DNA of 64,000 nt. It comes from Octopus sinensis. Lineage: Eukaryota. Shown here in pieces: positions 35,846-49,265 of the stretch (position 1 is its first letter; each line of letters starts with the position of its first letter). The stretch covers positions 75,702,001 to 75,766,000 of the forward strand of contig NC_042999.1 in assembly GCF_006345805.1 (NCBI RefSeq), written 5' to 3'. The position numbers and the translations under genes were made by a program. The notes under the pieces are model-generated. The model saw only the letters and a list, made by a program, of their open reading frames with translations. It ran no database searches and was not told the origin of the DNA.

Positions 35846-36078
35846 GTATTCGTTGATTTATATTGCCAAAGTACCATAAAATTTGAAAAAGAAAACTCTT
35901 ATAAGTTATAACATGACTTGATACTTCTTACAGTGGCAAAAATACATTTCTGTCATTTGAAGAGTAGTACTCTAGTTATATTATACGGCGGTTGACACTT
36001 GAATGATTTATCGACATGTGTTAGATAATTACACATTTTATGTCTAAATCTAGCTAGCTGTATGCTTGTGTGTATGTG

Positions 36079-37353
36079 TTGGATAATCCCATAAATAATG
36101 CAGTTTTTTCAATTGCATGAACTAAAGTCGGAGGGAGACGGGATAAACTACCTGCATCAACTTGCTATAAAAGCAGGTAGTAATTTTACCTTGTACTTAT
36201 TCTTATTGCAAGGTTTGAACAGTGCAGTTTGATTTTAACTGCACTTTTCAAAGATATAATGGAAGTGACAAAGGAGCATATTCGGCATATTTTGCTTAAT
36301 GAGTTCAAAAAAGGCAACAGCGCAACGGAAATTGCGAGGAGTATTAATTCAGTATATGGGAACCGAACAGTAAGCGTAAGCCAGTGTCAACGTGCTTCTA
36401 GAAATTCCGAGCCGGAAACTACAGCCTAGAAGACAAGCCTTGTCCTGGGAGTCTGTAAAACTCCACGAGGACGTCCTGCAAACCCTGGTGGAACAAAATC
36501 CCATCGTAACTGTTGAGGAACTAGCAGAGAATACTGGATTTGGTCATTCAACCATTCATCGACACATGCGAGCCACCGGAAAAGTCAGTAATTTGGGTCA
36601 AGGGGTTCCTCACAAACTTTCCGTGCCTAATCACGCGCAGAGAGTGAATATGTACTCTTCTTTGCTGTTACATCTCACGAATGAACCTTTTTTGGACCGA
36701 ATAGTGACTGGTAACGAGAAATAGGTTCTCTATAAAAGTGTCAAACGCCGAAGACAGAGGGTAGGAAAAGGAGAAACACCGGCACCCCAGGCTAAAGAAA
36801 CTCTTTACCCACGTAATGTGTTGTTATCTGTTTGGTGGAATATGGAAGGTTTAGTCCAATTTGAACTTTTAAACCCAAACCAAACGACAACAAATGAGAT
36901 CTACTGCGAGCAGTTTGAACGGATTAAGTCAGCGCTAGAAGAAAAACGACCACCTTTGGTTTCGAGACGAAAGATATTCTTTCATTAGGATAATTAATGC
37001 TCGGTCATATACAGCGAGGATGATATTCCAAAGGCTGGAGCAGTTTGAATGGGAAACGATGCCTCACCCACCACATACGTCGGATATTGCCCTATTTGAT
37101 TATTATTTATTCCGCAGGCTTCAAAATCATTTGGACGGAAAAAATGTGAATCCTGTAGACAATTCTGGAAGAGTATTTTTCGCCACGGACAAGTGAATTT
37201 TGGAAGAGAGGCCTCGCAAGTCTACCAGATAGATGGAAGAGTATTGTAGAAAGTGAAGGAGAGTATATTTTCGATTAAAAAATTACTTTGTTTAACTTAA
37301 GTTTGAAAAATAATTGAAGTATAAAAAAACGCATTATTTATGGGATGACCCAA
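36079..37353 (+). mobile_element. Full-length decayed mariner (second family)
   Basis: TIRs TTGGATAATCCCATAAATAATGC / GCATTATTTATGGGATGACCCAA, right-hand TA. MEVTKEHIRHILLNEFKKG, EPFLDRIVTGNEK and later motif remnants; multiple frameshifts. Confidence 0.95.
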
Positions 37354-37399
37354 TATATATCTATCCGTAATTTTTTGTTTGTTTATTAATCATAGTAAT

Positions 37400-38420
37400 A
37401 ATTTTACTGCAGTTCCTTTGAGTTATTGTCGTATTTTACCAAAATGCATCATTTCTTCTTTCCAAGCTTCTGATCTTTCTTTGCCTAAATTTTACTTTGT
37501 TCACGTTGAACATATTTCCAGCTACTATTTCCATTGAAAAGTATTCTTTCATCATTTCTCCCTTTCAATTCACACTTTCATTATTATGCAATGTACTGCG
37601 TTAACTTGTGCTGCCTTATATACTTCATTTATGCTTTTGACACTTCTGTTGCTGTTTTTCCTTATGAGGTAACATTTTATTACTCACTTATCTGTAGAGA
37701 AGTATACTCTCTCTGAGAATCCTTTTAATGATGCTACCAGCATCGATCCACTAAAACTAGTCAATATTTTATGGTTTTACAAGTTTTTCATATAAAAGAT
37801 TTTCGTTTTGACTGGATATTTTATTCGGGTTTCAGTAACACCTAAAATACTTAGGATGATTTCTTATTTGTCCATTATTTCTTAATAATCATAACCACAA
37901 ACTATATAAACATTTTTCGCTGGACTAAGAGGTTTTATACCTTCTGATTTTTCTGAAGTGATCTATATATTTCTAGTCCTGCTAGTTCATATCACCGCCA
38001 CTATTCTTGATACATAGAGAAGCTATGCACATTTTGTAGCATAATAGAACGTTTCTGTATGATCGATAAATCGTCCACTATTACTTTTCTTATCAGAAAA
38101 AATAACTGCTTTAGCACACCCCTCATTCATATATATATGAATAATTCAATCAGGATGAAATATAATTTGTTTCTCTTAGCTATACAAAACTAAACAGAGT
38201 TTTTGCTGGTAATTTCTTATTTCTTTTATCTATTAGCAATGGATATAATAAATCCAGTACCCCCAACATGACTCCTGCCTATTAGCATGTTAATACGCCA
38301 TTTCGGTTAGCCTAGCTTTCATATTACCTAGCTAGTATCCTCGCAATGAAGTAAGGAAATGGTGTTATTCAATCTTATTGCTTGGAAAGCAAAGATGCAC
38401 AGTACAGTGACATCTCAATT
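37400..38420 (-). mobile_element. Highly decayed non-LTR RT remnant (R4/Dong-like?)
   Basis: Only short motif echoes, e.g. LLYVSR(N)SGG resembling LYLxRxxGGRGL; many stops. Confidence 0.35.
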
Positions 38421-38547
38421 AAAAGTACAAAAAAAAATTATAAGCTTCCTTTACTTCAAAGTACAGTTTAAGCATTTTCACCAAGAATTTTGAATGCTGT
38501 CAATACCTAGCGAAGAGAATAATTTTTTTTCTTTGGCGAATCTATTA

Positions 38548-38710
38548 CCAGTTTCAGTCATTGGACTGCGACCATATTGAAGCGCCTTTCTGAAGGGAAT
38601 AGTAGAACAAATCGACCCCAGTACTTACTTTCAAGTCTGATATTTATTTTATCGATATCTTTTGCGGAGTCGCTACGTTACTTGGACGTAAACAAACCAA
38701 CATCGGAAAG
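38548..38710 (-). mobile_element. SINE family A 3' fragment
   Basis: Reverse complement of the family A tail (gtttcagtcattggactgcgaccat...aatcgaccccagtacttac). Confidence 0.7.
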
Positions 38711-38892
38711 CAAAAACGCACATAAAGACAGATAACTACTCCCCCACAAACACACACGAAACGGGATTCCACAAGCATTGATCGGTCAGGGGCTATAACA
38801 GAAGACATGCGCCAAAGATACCTCGCAGAAGGAGCGAAACGGAAACTACTTGATATTAGTTGTTTTTCTATATTTAAGAGATAAGGAATTAT

Positions 38893-39577
38893 GTACATTA
38901 TTTACATTCGACGGGTATTTGTCCTCATCTTGTTTGTTGTTAACACAACGTTTCGGCTGATATATCCTCCAGCCTTCTTCAGTATTCAAGAGTGATACAA
39001 CACTTCGCAAATATCTCCGAGTAAAACTACCAATAAAAGAGAATATGACCAAAGACTGCGTGTACTCCATCCCATGCAGCTGTGGTAGGTTATACAAGAA
39101 CAAAACATGCTGCCCCCTCAAAATAAGGGTAGACGAATATCGCAAAGCTGTGACACGAGGAGATATTGATAAATCGGGTATAGCTGATCATATATGGAAA
39201 AATGGGATGAAGTTAAAATAATAGACAGAGAACACCACTGGAAAATACTAAAACTAAAAGAAGCAGCACATATGCTAGGACACAACAACCTCCTAAGCAG
39301 ATCGAGTGTAGATATGAGCAGCATATGGGAATCGGTATTAAGGAAGGATAGAAAAATATTAGATTTATAAGCCCTAAAATTCACTCCATAATTGCCCCTG
39401 GGCATATGGCGTAGTGGTTAACTGTGCGTGCTGCTAACCTCAAGATTTCGAGTTCGAACAATAATAATAATAAATTTCCCAAAGACACCTGAAGAAGGCT
39501 GGAAGGTATATCAGCCGAAGCGTTGAGTTTACAACAAACAAGATGAGGACAAATATCCGTCGAGCGTAAATAATGTA
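38893..39577 (+). mobile_element. 5'-truncated Penelope-like element with inverted pLTR
   Basis: GIY-YIG at 38983-39385 (DCVYSIPCSCGRLY..T..LKIRVDEY..KSGIADHIW..EVKIIDREHHWK..KLKEA) flanked by ~90-bp inverted repeats at 38893-38982 and 39489-39577, each carrying a hammerhead core. Confidence 0.88.
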
Positions 39578-39984
39578 AATAATGAAACTACTTGGTTACA
39601 AGGGGAACTTCTTAATCACACTTTCATACCTTCGGGTAAACTATTTTTCACAGTAATCAGTTTACTATAGGTTTGATTTTCTCTTGTGGTTTTCTTAAAA
39701 CCTATCCAGTAATAGATCTATACCTGGTTAGAAACTAGTTAAAAGTTTGATTGTATTCACCACCATTTTAAGTAAATAAAGAGTATTTTCTCTCTCGTGT
39801 GTCTATATTATTTTCCCATATTTTGCTTCACAGAACCATTTGTTTTTATTTGAAATTCTTTAAGTGTTTCTATCTTGTAAAAGAGTAGTTTCTGTATTTG
39901 GTGTCCAGTTTGATTCAAACTCATTTCTACAACTACAAGAAAATTTATCCCAAAGTTCTCTCCACTCCATTTCTTTCACCAAAC

Positions 39985-40210
39985 TGGCATTCCGTCTGTT
40001 ACGACGACGAGGGTTCCAGTTGATCCGATCAACGGAACATTCTTCTCATGAAATTAACGTGCAAATGATTGAGCACTCCATAGATCCACATGCCCTTAAT
40101 GTAGTTCTCGCGGAGATTCAGCGTGACACAGAAATACAGGCATAATACATTGCTGGGAATCGACGTTACGATCGTGAACCAAATACTCTAACCACTAAAC
40201 CATGCGTCTC
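39985..40210 (-). mobile_element. tRNA-derived SINE
   Basis: Minus-strand head GAGACGCATGGTTTAGTGGTTAGAGT...GTCGATTCCC, resembling the family D head. Confidence 0.65.
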
Positions 40211-41224
40211 TACTCTATTTGTTTGACCAACACATTAAGCCACCACACACACAATAAAAAAGAAACAGCCCTACACCCACCATCAATTCGACACAGCATC
40301 GCTACTGTTTCACCTGCTATTCCTTTCAAAAGAGCATAGTTTAGAACTACTTTCCACTGAGCCAAAACTTTTCGATCATTATCAGTGAGGAGCAATCTGT
40401 GAAAACACATGACGATGTTTTCCATTCTAACATTTCTGAAACTGATAAATAACGTACCACCTCTTTCTTTTCGAGTAACTCAGATGTGACGGATTCAGCT
40501 GTAAATAAATATATCTTTTATCACCACCAAATTCTTTGCTTTCTCATTAGCCACCAGTTCGCTTCACATAGAACTAAATCTACGTGAAACTATATCACAC
40601 ATCTTTAGACACTGAAACTTGAGAAATTTGGCGAGAGTTTTGAATTTTACTTTACACTTTACGGTAAATCATCTTCATATGAAAACATCATCTGCATTTC
40701 TTGCTTAACGCACCATGGCAGTATGTGCTTTACCAACTCTGATATACCGCGTTATTGCGTTAGTTCCAATAGTTTTATTTACATTAATGAACTAATTGCG
40801 ATTATTTTTAATTATTCGCATTCCTTTACATATAATACCACCCTAGGTCTTCTGTATTATTTCGTACACAGACGTTTTCCAGATTTTACCACCTGGACAC
40901 ACAACAGGCATTCACTGCTTTTCTAAAAAAAACATCCCGCAATTGTGGTATGACAATCAAGTCGTTTCAAATCAACGCATTTTACTACACTTTTTCTGCA
41001 CATGAAAAGCATACAAAACCCCGAAGTCATTACAAAGTCACGACATAGCCTCAGGTGAGCTTTTCTACACATTTCACGTATATAATATTGCCCACCCCCC
41101 ACGCTCCGCTGGAAAAAAAACGAATGGATATTTTTCTGATCGGTTTCTAATCTTTTACACAGCCCACCATTGAAGTACTAATTACATATTTGAGATAATA
41201 CTACTACACTATTAAAGCAGCATA

Positions 41225-42504
41225 CGAGGGACGTTCAGTAAGTAATGCCTCTGACCCATTTGTAGTTGTTTGATCTTGCTGAAATTTTGCATGTGCAATT
41301 ATTTATATCTCTATAGACTACAGCTCTAAACTAATTGTGGTTTCTGATTTACAGGTGTTTGAACTGAGTCAAGTGTGAAATAGAGCCTGTTGAGTGTCGA
41401 ACAGTGATCCGGGTTTTGTATTTGAAAGGACGCACACCACGAGAGACTTTTGATGAAATGAAAGTAACTTATGGTAATGATGCCCCATCATATGACCTTG
41501 TAAAACGCTGGCATCGTGAATTCAAACATAGTCGGAACACTGTGGAAACAGCCCCCAGATCTGGTCACCCTCCTTCTGCCATTGATGAGGCATCTGTCCG
41601 TCAAGTTGAGGCTGCCATTTTGGAAGATCGACGCATAACTATTCGCCAAATAGCCCATGAGGTCAAGATTAGTACCGGGTCTGTGGAAACTATCATTCAT
41701 GACCATTTGCATATGCAAAAGGTGTCTGCCAGATGGATTCCCATGTTGCTCACACCTTTCCAGAAGCAAGAACGCGTCGAGTGCTCGAGGATGAATTTGG
41801 AGATGTGCCATGAAGATGAGTCAAGATGTTTCAAGAGACTGATTACACAGGATGAAACCTGGGTCCATCACCATGATCCAGAGACCAAAGCCCAGTCAAT
41901 GCAGTGGAAACACCGTGACTCACCTCCTCCAAAGAAGGCAAGGGTGCAGCCCTCCGCTGGCAAGGTCATGCTCACAGTCTTCTGGGACCTGGACGGAGTG
42001 GTGATGACAGACTTCCTGGCAAAGGGTACCACAATTACAGGAGCCTATTATGCTTCACTTTTGAGGAAATTAAGAGAAGCTATCAAAATCAAGAGGCGGG
42101 GCAAGATCAGCAAAGGCATCCTCCTCCTGCAGGACAACGCTCCGGTCCACAACTCGATGGTCACCAGATCAGAAGCACAGGCGTGCGGCTATGAACTCCT
42201 CCCCCAACCCCCTTCTCTCCTGACCTTGCACCCTCGGATTTTCACCTCTTCCCACCCATGAAGTTGTTTTTGAAAGGAAAGCGTTTCCCAGATGAGGCAG
42301 CCTTGATTTCTGAAGTCAGTTCGTGGTTGGAGGACCAAGCTGGGGTCTTCTACAAAAACGGTCTCTAGAGCTGCATCAAATGATGGGAGAAATGCGTAAC
42401 TCTGGGTGGTTCCTATGTAAAAGAAGACTAATAACTGTGCCAAGTGTCGTTGCTCTACTGCTATGGGAAGTGGGTCAGGGGCATTACTTATTGAATACCC
42501 CTCG
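41225..42504 (+). mobile_element. Full-length mariner (irritans/Hsmar2-like), same family as 7916-9206
   Basis: TIRs CGAGGGACGTTCAGTAAGTAATGCC / GGCATTACTTATTGAATACCCCTCG with TA duplications. A 285-aa ORF (41404-42261) has QDETW and QDNAP, with a frameshift before the SPDLAPSD motif. Confidence 0.97.
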
Positions 42505-43659
42505 TAGATATCTTAAATACTCTCACGAATACGCTACACGCAATAACTGACATTGTCTCTCGCTTCCCTGAGCCACGTCTGCATCTATTACAGCATCTTA
42601 TAATCTTATTATTATAGCAAGCTGCTTACATATCTTCATCCCCATCGACCCTGATGTACCCGTCTCAAATAGATTCGTCAATTCTTAGCACTAAATAATC
42701 GTCGCAATTATATATTTTTTTTGCCCAGACATTTACTACAAGCTTCATTCTGCAAAAATAAAAACCGAGCATCAACTATATCGATGTCAAAAATTGGTTT
42801 ACAAAATTCGTTGGTGCTTCCCGAATACCTTCCGACAAAAGTGAAACGAAAACTGCAACGAGAATCTCCACCACCAGCACCAAATATTTTGTCAAATATT
42901 TAATTTCCAGACTTTCAATATTCAAAAACATCTTCAGTGCCCATTATTTCACAGCAGGGACTTGAAACTGAACATCAACTGATTCGACCTTCTTTTTGCC
43001 TGGAGAAATTGAAAGGGATACGTTTGCCGCCTCTCCACTTCCTGGCACAAATTTAAAATATATGATTCTAATGTTCCAAATGCGTAGACACAACAATTAG
43101 GCTAAACAGTGAAAAATCTCGTACTGGAAAAAAAAAAACAAAACAACGTATATTTATCGCCGTTGATATTATCAGAAAACCTTGTATTGTTATCAGTGTT
43201 TGTATGTGTATGCCTGAGAATGTTTCGTGTGCGAAAGTGCTTTATCTCTCACTTTGACTCTTTGTCTCTCTCTCTCTCTCTCTCCCGTTCTTTTTCTTTC
43301 TCCCCCTCTCTCTGTTTAGATCCACCTAGTGTTACAGAAGAATATTGTGTGAAACGTAAAATAATCACTCACTCATGAACAGTAACAAAGGATGGGCTTT
43401 TATATGCACTCACAACGACATGTCATTATTTGAGTGCAAATGCCTATAAAATACTTCGAATACAACAATGTACTTATTTTATACATATATCTCTCTCTAT
43501 CTTCTTCTTTGTCCTTATTTATTTCTCAATCCCCACCCCACTTCCTTTTCTCCACATGTCTCAACTCACGTACACACAGTCGTCAAGTGCGAAAAGGTCT
43601 CTCTGAATCGATGAGGTTATAATTATGTACGAGACCTGATATGATCGCCGAGGACAGTA

Positions 43660-46138
43660 AAAAGTGGTGTAAGAACATTGGCCGAGTCTTCAATGCTAAG
43701 GAATGAAGGTTGCGTTGTGAGAAACAGGGTGCGTGCTCTAAGTGAACGAAAGTCGTTTGATGGCCCGGGTGACAGAAGCGTAACGTGGCAACAACCCCAC
43801 AATTCAGTCTTTTGACGGATTGGAATGGGTGCCTGTTAGTTGATTCCAAGATGTGAATGGCTTTTCAGTGTTATTTCGCACAATTGTTTGAGGCGGATGG
43901 CGGACAGTGAACGAGATGGAATTTACTGCACATCGCGAGGGCCTTTCGAGGCACTTGGATAGGGATATAGAGTTCTGCGTAAGATAATAAGACCCTACAA
44001 TATACGAGAAGTGATGAAGAACCGCACGAGGGAAATGTCGCAGGGGCTGGATTATCTACCCTACAAGCTTTATCTGCATATGTCGCAATTGTTTTGGCAG
44101 TTGTCTGCCACGACTGGCAGCAAAAACAGAATTTCTAGTCCTACGATAAGATGCGTGATGCTGCTGCCGAGAAAGGCTCCGAACAAGAGAGATAGTTTGA
44201 CAACTTCAAGACCGTAACTCTACTAAATGCAACGTTGAAGATTTTGGCTAAAGTGTTAGCCAAGAAGTTGGCCCTTGTTGTCAATACTCTGGTAGGTGAG
44301 GCACAATCATATGCTATGCTAAATAGATATATTCACAACGTTTACCTCACAAGATACCTCAAAGAAATAATGGATAAAGAATCCTGCATGGGTGACTGGT
44401 TTATTTAGAACAGTCGAAAGCTTTCGAAGTTGTTAACCATGAATACTCGGTGACTATTCTGAAGGCGGCTGGTTTCGGTTTCGATTTCGTATTCAGAGGC
44501 TCGATTGCTATAATGTACTGCGATATTTGTTCGGTGGTCAGAGCAAACGACCACCTGTCGGAACCGTTTAGTGTATTGTGCACAGCCAGTCAATGGGTTT
44601 TCTCTCTCTCCCTCTCTGTATGTGCTAACTGTAGAGTCACAATTGCAGAAGATGGAGGTTTCGCGAGGCATTCTGCGACAAGTAGGAAGCAGAAAATCTG
44701 TTTGCATTTGTGGACGACGTTATCATAATATTACTGGACACCAGTTATTTTGAAGTGATCAGAACTATTCTAAAGGTGTACGAGGTGACAGGAACAGAAG
44801 CTAATCAGAAGTCTTTAAGGTTGCGGATCGGCACCAACAGGGGTAGTTCTATGCCATCTTTCAGCATCGTGGGACGCTGGTCTTACGGATTGGTTAAATT
44901 GCTCAGGGTTTGATTTTGTCCACACATCAAGGTGGACAAGAACTAAGAGGAGGTGGCGAGTATCCCGGTTAATCTCACACAGAAATGGACCGAAGCAAAA
45001 CTACTCCTCAAGGATCGGGCGGAGGTGGTGAATGTCTACGTCGCATCTGTAATCTACTACCGCTTGATTTTTGTGTTTTTTCCAGTCATATGACCAAAGT
45101 GGAGTGCTTGCTCTTCTGCTTTCTGTGGAGTGGACATGTTCATCTTGTCAAACAATCCATTTGTTGACAACATTCGCTGCGCGAAGGAGTGTACGCTGAG
45201 GCTTATGATGCACAGGAATATACTGAGGCTGTGACATCTCCAGCATTTCCTAGACGGTGAACAGGTGGTGTGGCCACTGTTTGCTAAATGCACTTTTCTG
45301 TAGCTTGTCTCTTTCGCTCAACTGCTGTCCTGAATCAAGTAAACACTCGGGCAGGGTACCTGGCAGCTAGAGCGTCATCAAGCGCTCCCAGTCCTGAATT
45401 AGTCGGGCAATATGGTCGGTGGATGTTCCACCATGGTGTTCTATAGGAGGTTAGGGGTAGTTAAAAGCGAAGACGTCCACGCGGAAACTCTGGGTGTCAA
45501 AGAAAATTTACTGGTTGGGCTTTTCCGGAGGTCTTGGGCTAGGATCCAAAAATAGTTTCCAAAAATGACTGGTCTGGCAGGGCTACCGAGAGGTATTGCG
45601 GTTTGGGATAAACTCAACAGGCATGGTTGTGCCGTCGACCGCACTAGCCCGAGATATGTAGAACGATGAAACCATTCCACACGTGATCGCACAGTGCTAG
45701 AGAATTGCTAGAATTATGTCGAACAGCCGCTATCACGTGTAGAACGGATCTACCTTTGGACCAACTCCGTTTCGTAGGGCGCCCCGCCGCATTATTTCTG
45801 TCAGGTAGAGGAAAACAGTTTTCTTTTGTTTGATGGCTATGGTGAAAGAGGTTATTTGGGGGACGTAAGTCAAAGGACTGAAAAGGACTGAAAGCACTGA
45901 AGACAGACTCTTTCATTTTCAGCCAAGCCTGCATCGACTCTTCAATATCCATTTGTAAAGAAAGGTTAGGCTGGAGAGGGAGGAGCTGCTCTCCGCCACC
46001 TAATAAAATTTTAAAAAGGTAAGTAAATGTTGCTATAAAATTATAACTCTTTGGTTATTTTTTTATTGCTTACAATGTTTCTGTAGATCACTCTGTCATA
46101 TTTTGCAAATTTTTTTTTGTGGCCAATAAAGAAAGAAA
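43660..46138 (+). mobile_element. Old Tx1-family LINE copy
   Basis: DNFKTVTLLNATLKILAKVLAKKLALVV and further RT/C-terminal remnants homologous to 23654-27089. Ends TGTGGCCAATAAAGAAAG then (TAA)n. Confidence 0.88.
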
Positions 46139-46142
46139 AATT

Positions 46143-46187
<45 letters not shown>

Positions 46188-46189
46188 CT

Positions 46190-46234
<45 letters not shown>

Positions 46235-46572
46235 GTTGTTGCTGTTATTATCCACAATCTCTCTTCTATTAAATAAAACCACTCAATAATGCAACTTATT
46301 CACCCGCCCACTTTTGTGAACTGAATGCTGTGCTAGCGAAACGTTTAAAAACTTAATAGAAGCCATTACATAATTTTATTGTAGTGCAGGCACATACATA
46401 CCTGCATACACATACACTCATACACATACTACAAGCACATTCACTGCAGGTAACAATACATACATACTTACATACATGCATACATACATACATACATACA
46501 TACATACATACATACATACATACATACATACATACATACATGCATGTGTGCATACGTACGTACATACATACA

Positions 46573-46614
<42 letters not shown>

Positions 46615-46618
46615 AATA

Positions 46619-46860
46619 CTAGCTGGTGTACCCGGGGGGGAAAATGTTCTATTGAAATGCCTTACTACTCTGATATAAGAAATCAATTTCGTTATAACTG
46701 CCACAAAAGGTGTATTTTTCGTCACGAAAAAGTACAAAAAACTGTCAGCTGGAGGAGGGAGAGATTGTTGGAGGTTGGCGAGAGAGGTTTTCGGAGGTTG
46801 GCAACAAAGATTGTCGGAGGTTGGTGAGAGAGGTTTTATAAAAATATGAATGAAGTGTCT
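46619..46860 (-). mobile_element. Possible non-autonomous Helitron 3' end
   Basis: Minus strand ...CCGGGTACACCAGCTAG|T, like the 29140 end; internal GGAGGTTGG tandem repeats. The hairpin partner is eroded. Confidence 0.4.
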
Positions 46861-46959
46861 AATGTTTAAGAATGAAATGAAGAAAGTGCAATAACGTTCA
46901 CATTCGCTGATGGTCGCTCTCACTAACTGCCTTTACCTTACGGAGGTCTTGTTTTATAA

Positions 46960-47960
46960 CTATCAAAAAGCAGCCAGAAGGATAGACATATTGTTGAGAA
47001 AAATAAAGAGAACAAGCAAAAAAATTAACTAACTAGAATACTGCCAATAGCCACACATAAATTCGACGGTTATCAATCTGCTCGAAGAAAAGAAAAATGT
47101 AAACTCCAACAATGCATGAAGATCACCATCAATAACCAAAGAACAGCTGAGGAGAAATGGGCCGTTGAGAAAATCAAACTCAACCCCAAAGTGTTCTTCT
47201 CTTTTGCGAAAAAACACACGGTCACTGTCTCCACTGTTTGCCCTTAATTGATGAAAATGGCAATCTCCAAGATAATGCCAAAACCATGAGTGCGACACTG
47301 CAGAAAAAGTACTGCTCTGATTTTAGCAATCCTGATATAGCCGATCTGGACTGTATCAGTGATGTTAATCCTCAACATGCTATATCGGATATAAGGTTTC
47401 GCGCCCCTGATGTCTTAGCGACAATAAACGAAATCAAACACAATTCAGCGGTAGGCCTTGATAGGTTCCCTGCTTGTGTCCTGAAGTTATGTCGACATCA
47501 ACTTGCATCTCCTCTTGCTTATCTGTGGAGAAACTCACTGAATGCTGGTTATTTTCCTGAAAATCTTCTGTATTAGCCTGTTGTCCCAGTTTTCAAAAAG
47601 GGAAACAAGTCCCTTGCAGTGAACTGTCTGTCGTTCTCACTCGTCTCTCATATCATCAAGGTATTTGAGAGGGTGGTGAGATCACGGATAACCCACTTTC
47701 TTGAAAGCAACAGACTGCTGAACCGCAATCAACACGGGTGCCGCAATGGAAGGAACTGCCTAACGCATCTCCTACATCACCATGATGACATTTTCAGAAC
47801 GTTGGGAAGGGCTCGACTACTGATGTCTTCTACACTGATTTCAGTAAGGCCTTTGACAGGTTTGATCATAAGATTCTCTTGATAAAATTATCCAACACTT
47901 GTGTCTCAGGAAAGATACTACAATGGATCGAGTGTTTCCTGACAATCAGAACCCAAATGT
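46960..47960 (+). mobile_element. CR1-like LINE RT fragment
   Basis: KIKLNPKVFFSFAK, SAVGLDRFPACVLK, PVFKKGNK, SHIIKVFERVV, NQHGCRNGRNCLTHLL and DVFYTDFSKAFD. Confidence 0.9.
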
Positions 47961-47989
47961 AGTCGAAGGAGAAAAAGATCAAGCCCAGT

Positions 47990-48714
47990 CAAAGTCTTTC
48001 AAAAACAAACGTTGCAAAGCGTTTAGAGTGGAGTAAAAACCTACAGGATTGGTCACTAAAGCAGTGGAAGAATGTTATTTTCTCGGACGAGTCATCCTTT
48101 ACCTTATTTCCAGTCACCGGCCGAGTAGACGTGTGGAGACAGCCAAAACAAGCATTTCACCCAGATTGCCTTTTTCCAACTGTTAAACATCAAGGAGGAT
48201 CTGTGACGATCTGGAGGCTATATCTTGGAAATCCACCAGCCCAATGGTTTCCCTTCATGGCAGAATTAATAGTCAAGACTATTTAAGCATTTTATCTGAT
48301 CAAATTCATTCTATGGTTGCGGAACTGTTTCCGGAGGGAAACGCAATCTTTCAGGTTGATAATGCACCAATTCACACAACTAAAGTTGTTACTGAATGGC
48401 ACAAGGAACATTCTAGTGAAGTTGAACATCTTATCGAGCCACCAGAGTCCCCAGATTTCAATATTATTGAAGATTTATATTGCATTTTAGAAAAACAAGT
48501 CAGAAGTCGATATCCTCCACCATCATCACTACAAGAACTGGAGACTGTTTTAGCTGAAGAATGGACAAACATTTCTTTGAAAACAATTCAAACTTTGTAC
48601 GAGTCCATACCCCGTAGAATTCAAGATGTAATTAATGCCAAAGACGATCCTACCCCATATTAAAATAAATTTGCTTGAAATTTTAAGTGACTCTATTATT
48701 TTGTCCAGCCCCTG
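47990..48714 (+). mobile_element. Tc1 (DD34E) transposon, 5'-truncated
   Basis: WKNVIFSDES, FQVDNAPIHT, SPDFNIIE and SIPRRIQDVI; ends ...TTTGTCCAGCCCCTG|TA. Confidence 0.92.
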
Positions 48715-48987
48715 TATATATATATAATATAATATAAATAATATATAAATATATACATACATACATATATGTACATACCTACATATATATTTATATATAC
48801 ATGCATATATGGGTACAGGACATAAAAAAACGTTGAACACAATGAGGAACGAAAACATAAAAACAAAAATATAGAAATTAACTTTTTTGGGTATTAACGA
48901 AAAAGAAAAACAGACGAACGAGACATGTAACATAACAAATATTCCTCTTCTTCAGTTGTCCCTGTTTCATCTCCGCGTTTCGAAGGC

Positions 48988-49029
<42 letters not shown>

Positions 49030-49059
49030 ATACATTACGTTGTTGATTTCAAATTTTGT

Positions 49060-49265
49060 TTTGGTACAAGGCCAGGAAGATCGGGGGTAGGGCTAAGTCG
49101 ATTACATCGACCTAAGTGTTTAAGTGGTATTTATTTTATCGATCTCAGAAGGGCGAAAGGCAAAGTCGGCCTCGGCGTAATTTGAACTCAGAATATAAAG
49201 GCAGGTGAAATACCGCTAAACGTTTTACCTGGCATGCAAACGATTCTGTCTACTTGCCGCCTTAA
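49060..49265 (-). mobile_element. SINE family B
   Basis: Reverse complement of the family B consensus (aaggcaaagtcggcctcggcg..tttgaactcagaa). Confidence 0.8.

Noticed and set aside
39393-39460. Possible tRNA gene
   Set aside because: A and B boxes are present but there is no acceptor stem or cloverleaf; it is a SINE head. The same applies to the other tRNA-like heads.
40290-40405. Exon-like segment ttcacag|...AGCAG|gtgaaa on the minus strand inside the CYP intron
   Set aside because: The peptide has no P450 similarity, and the flanking CYP exons already join in frame.
48790-48990. Minus-strand GAAACGCG and CTGAAGAAG in type II hammerhead order
   Set aside because: No valid NUH site or stem I. 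Probably a pLTR-like repeat fragment, but the fold is unsupported.
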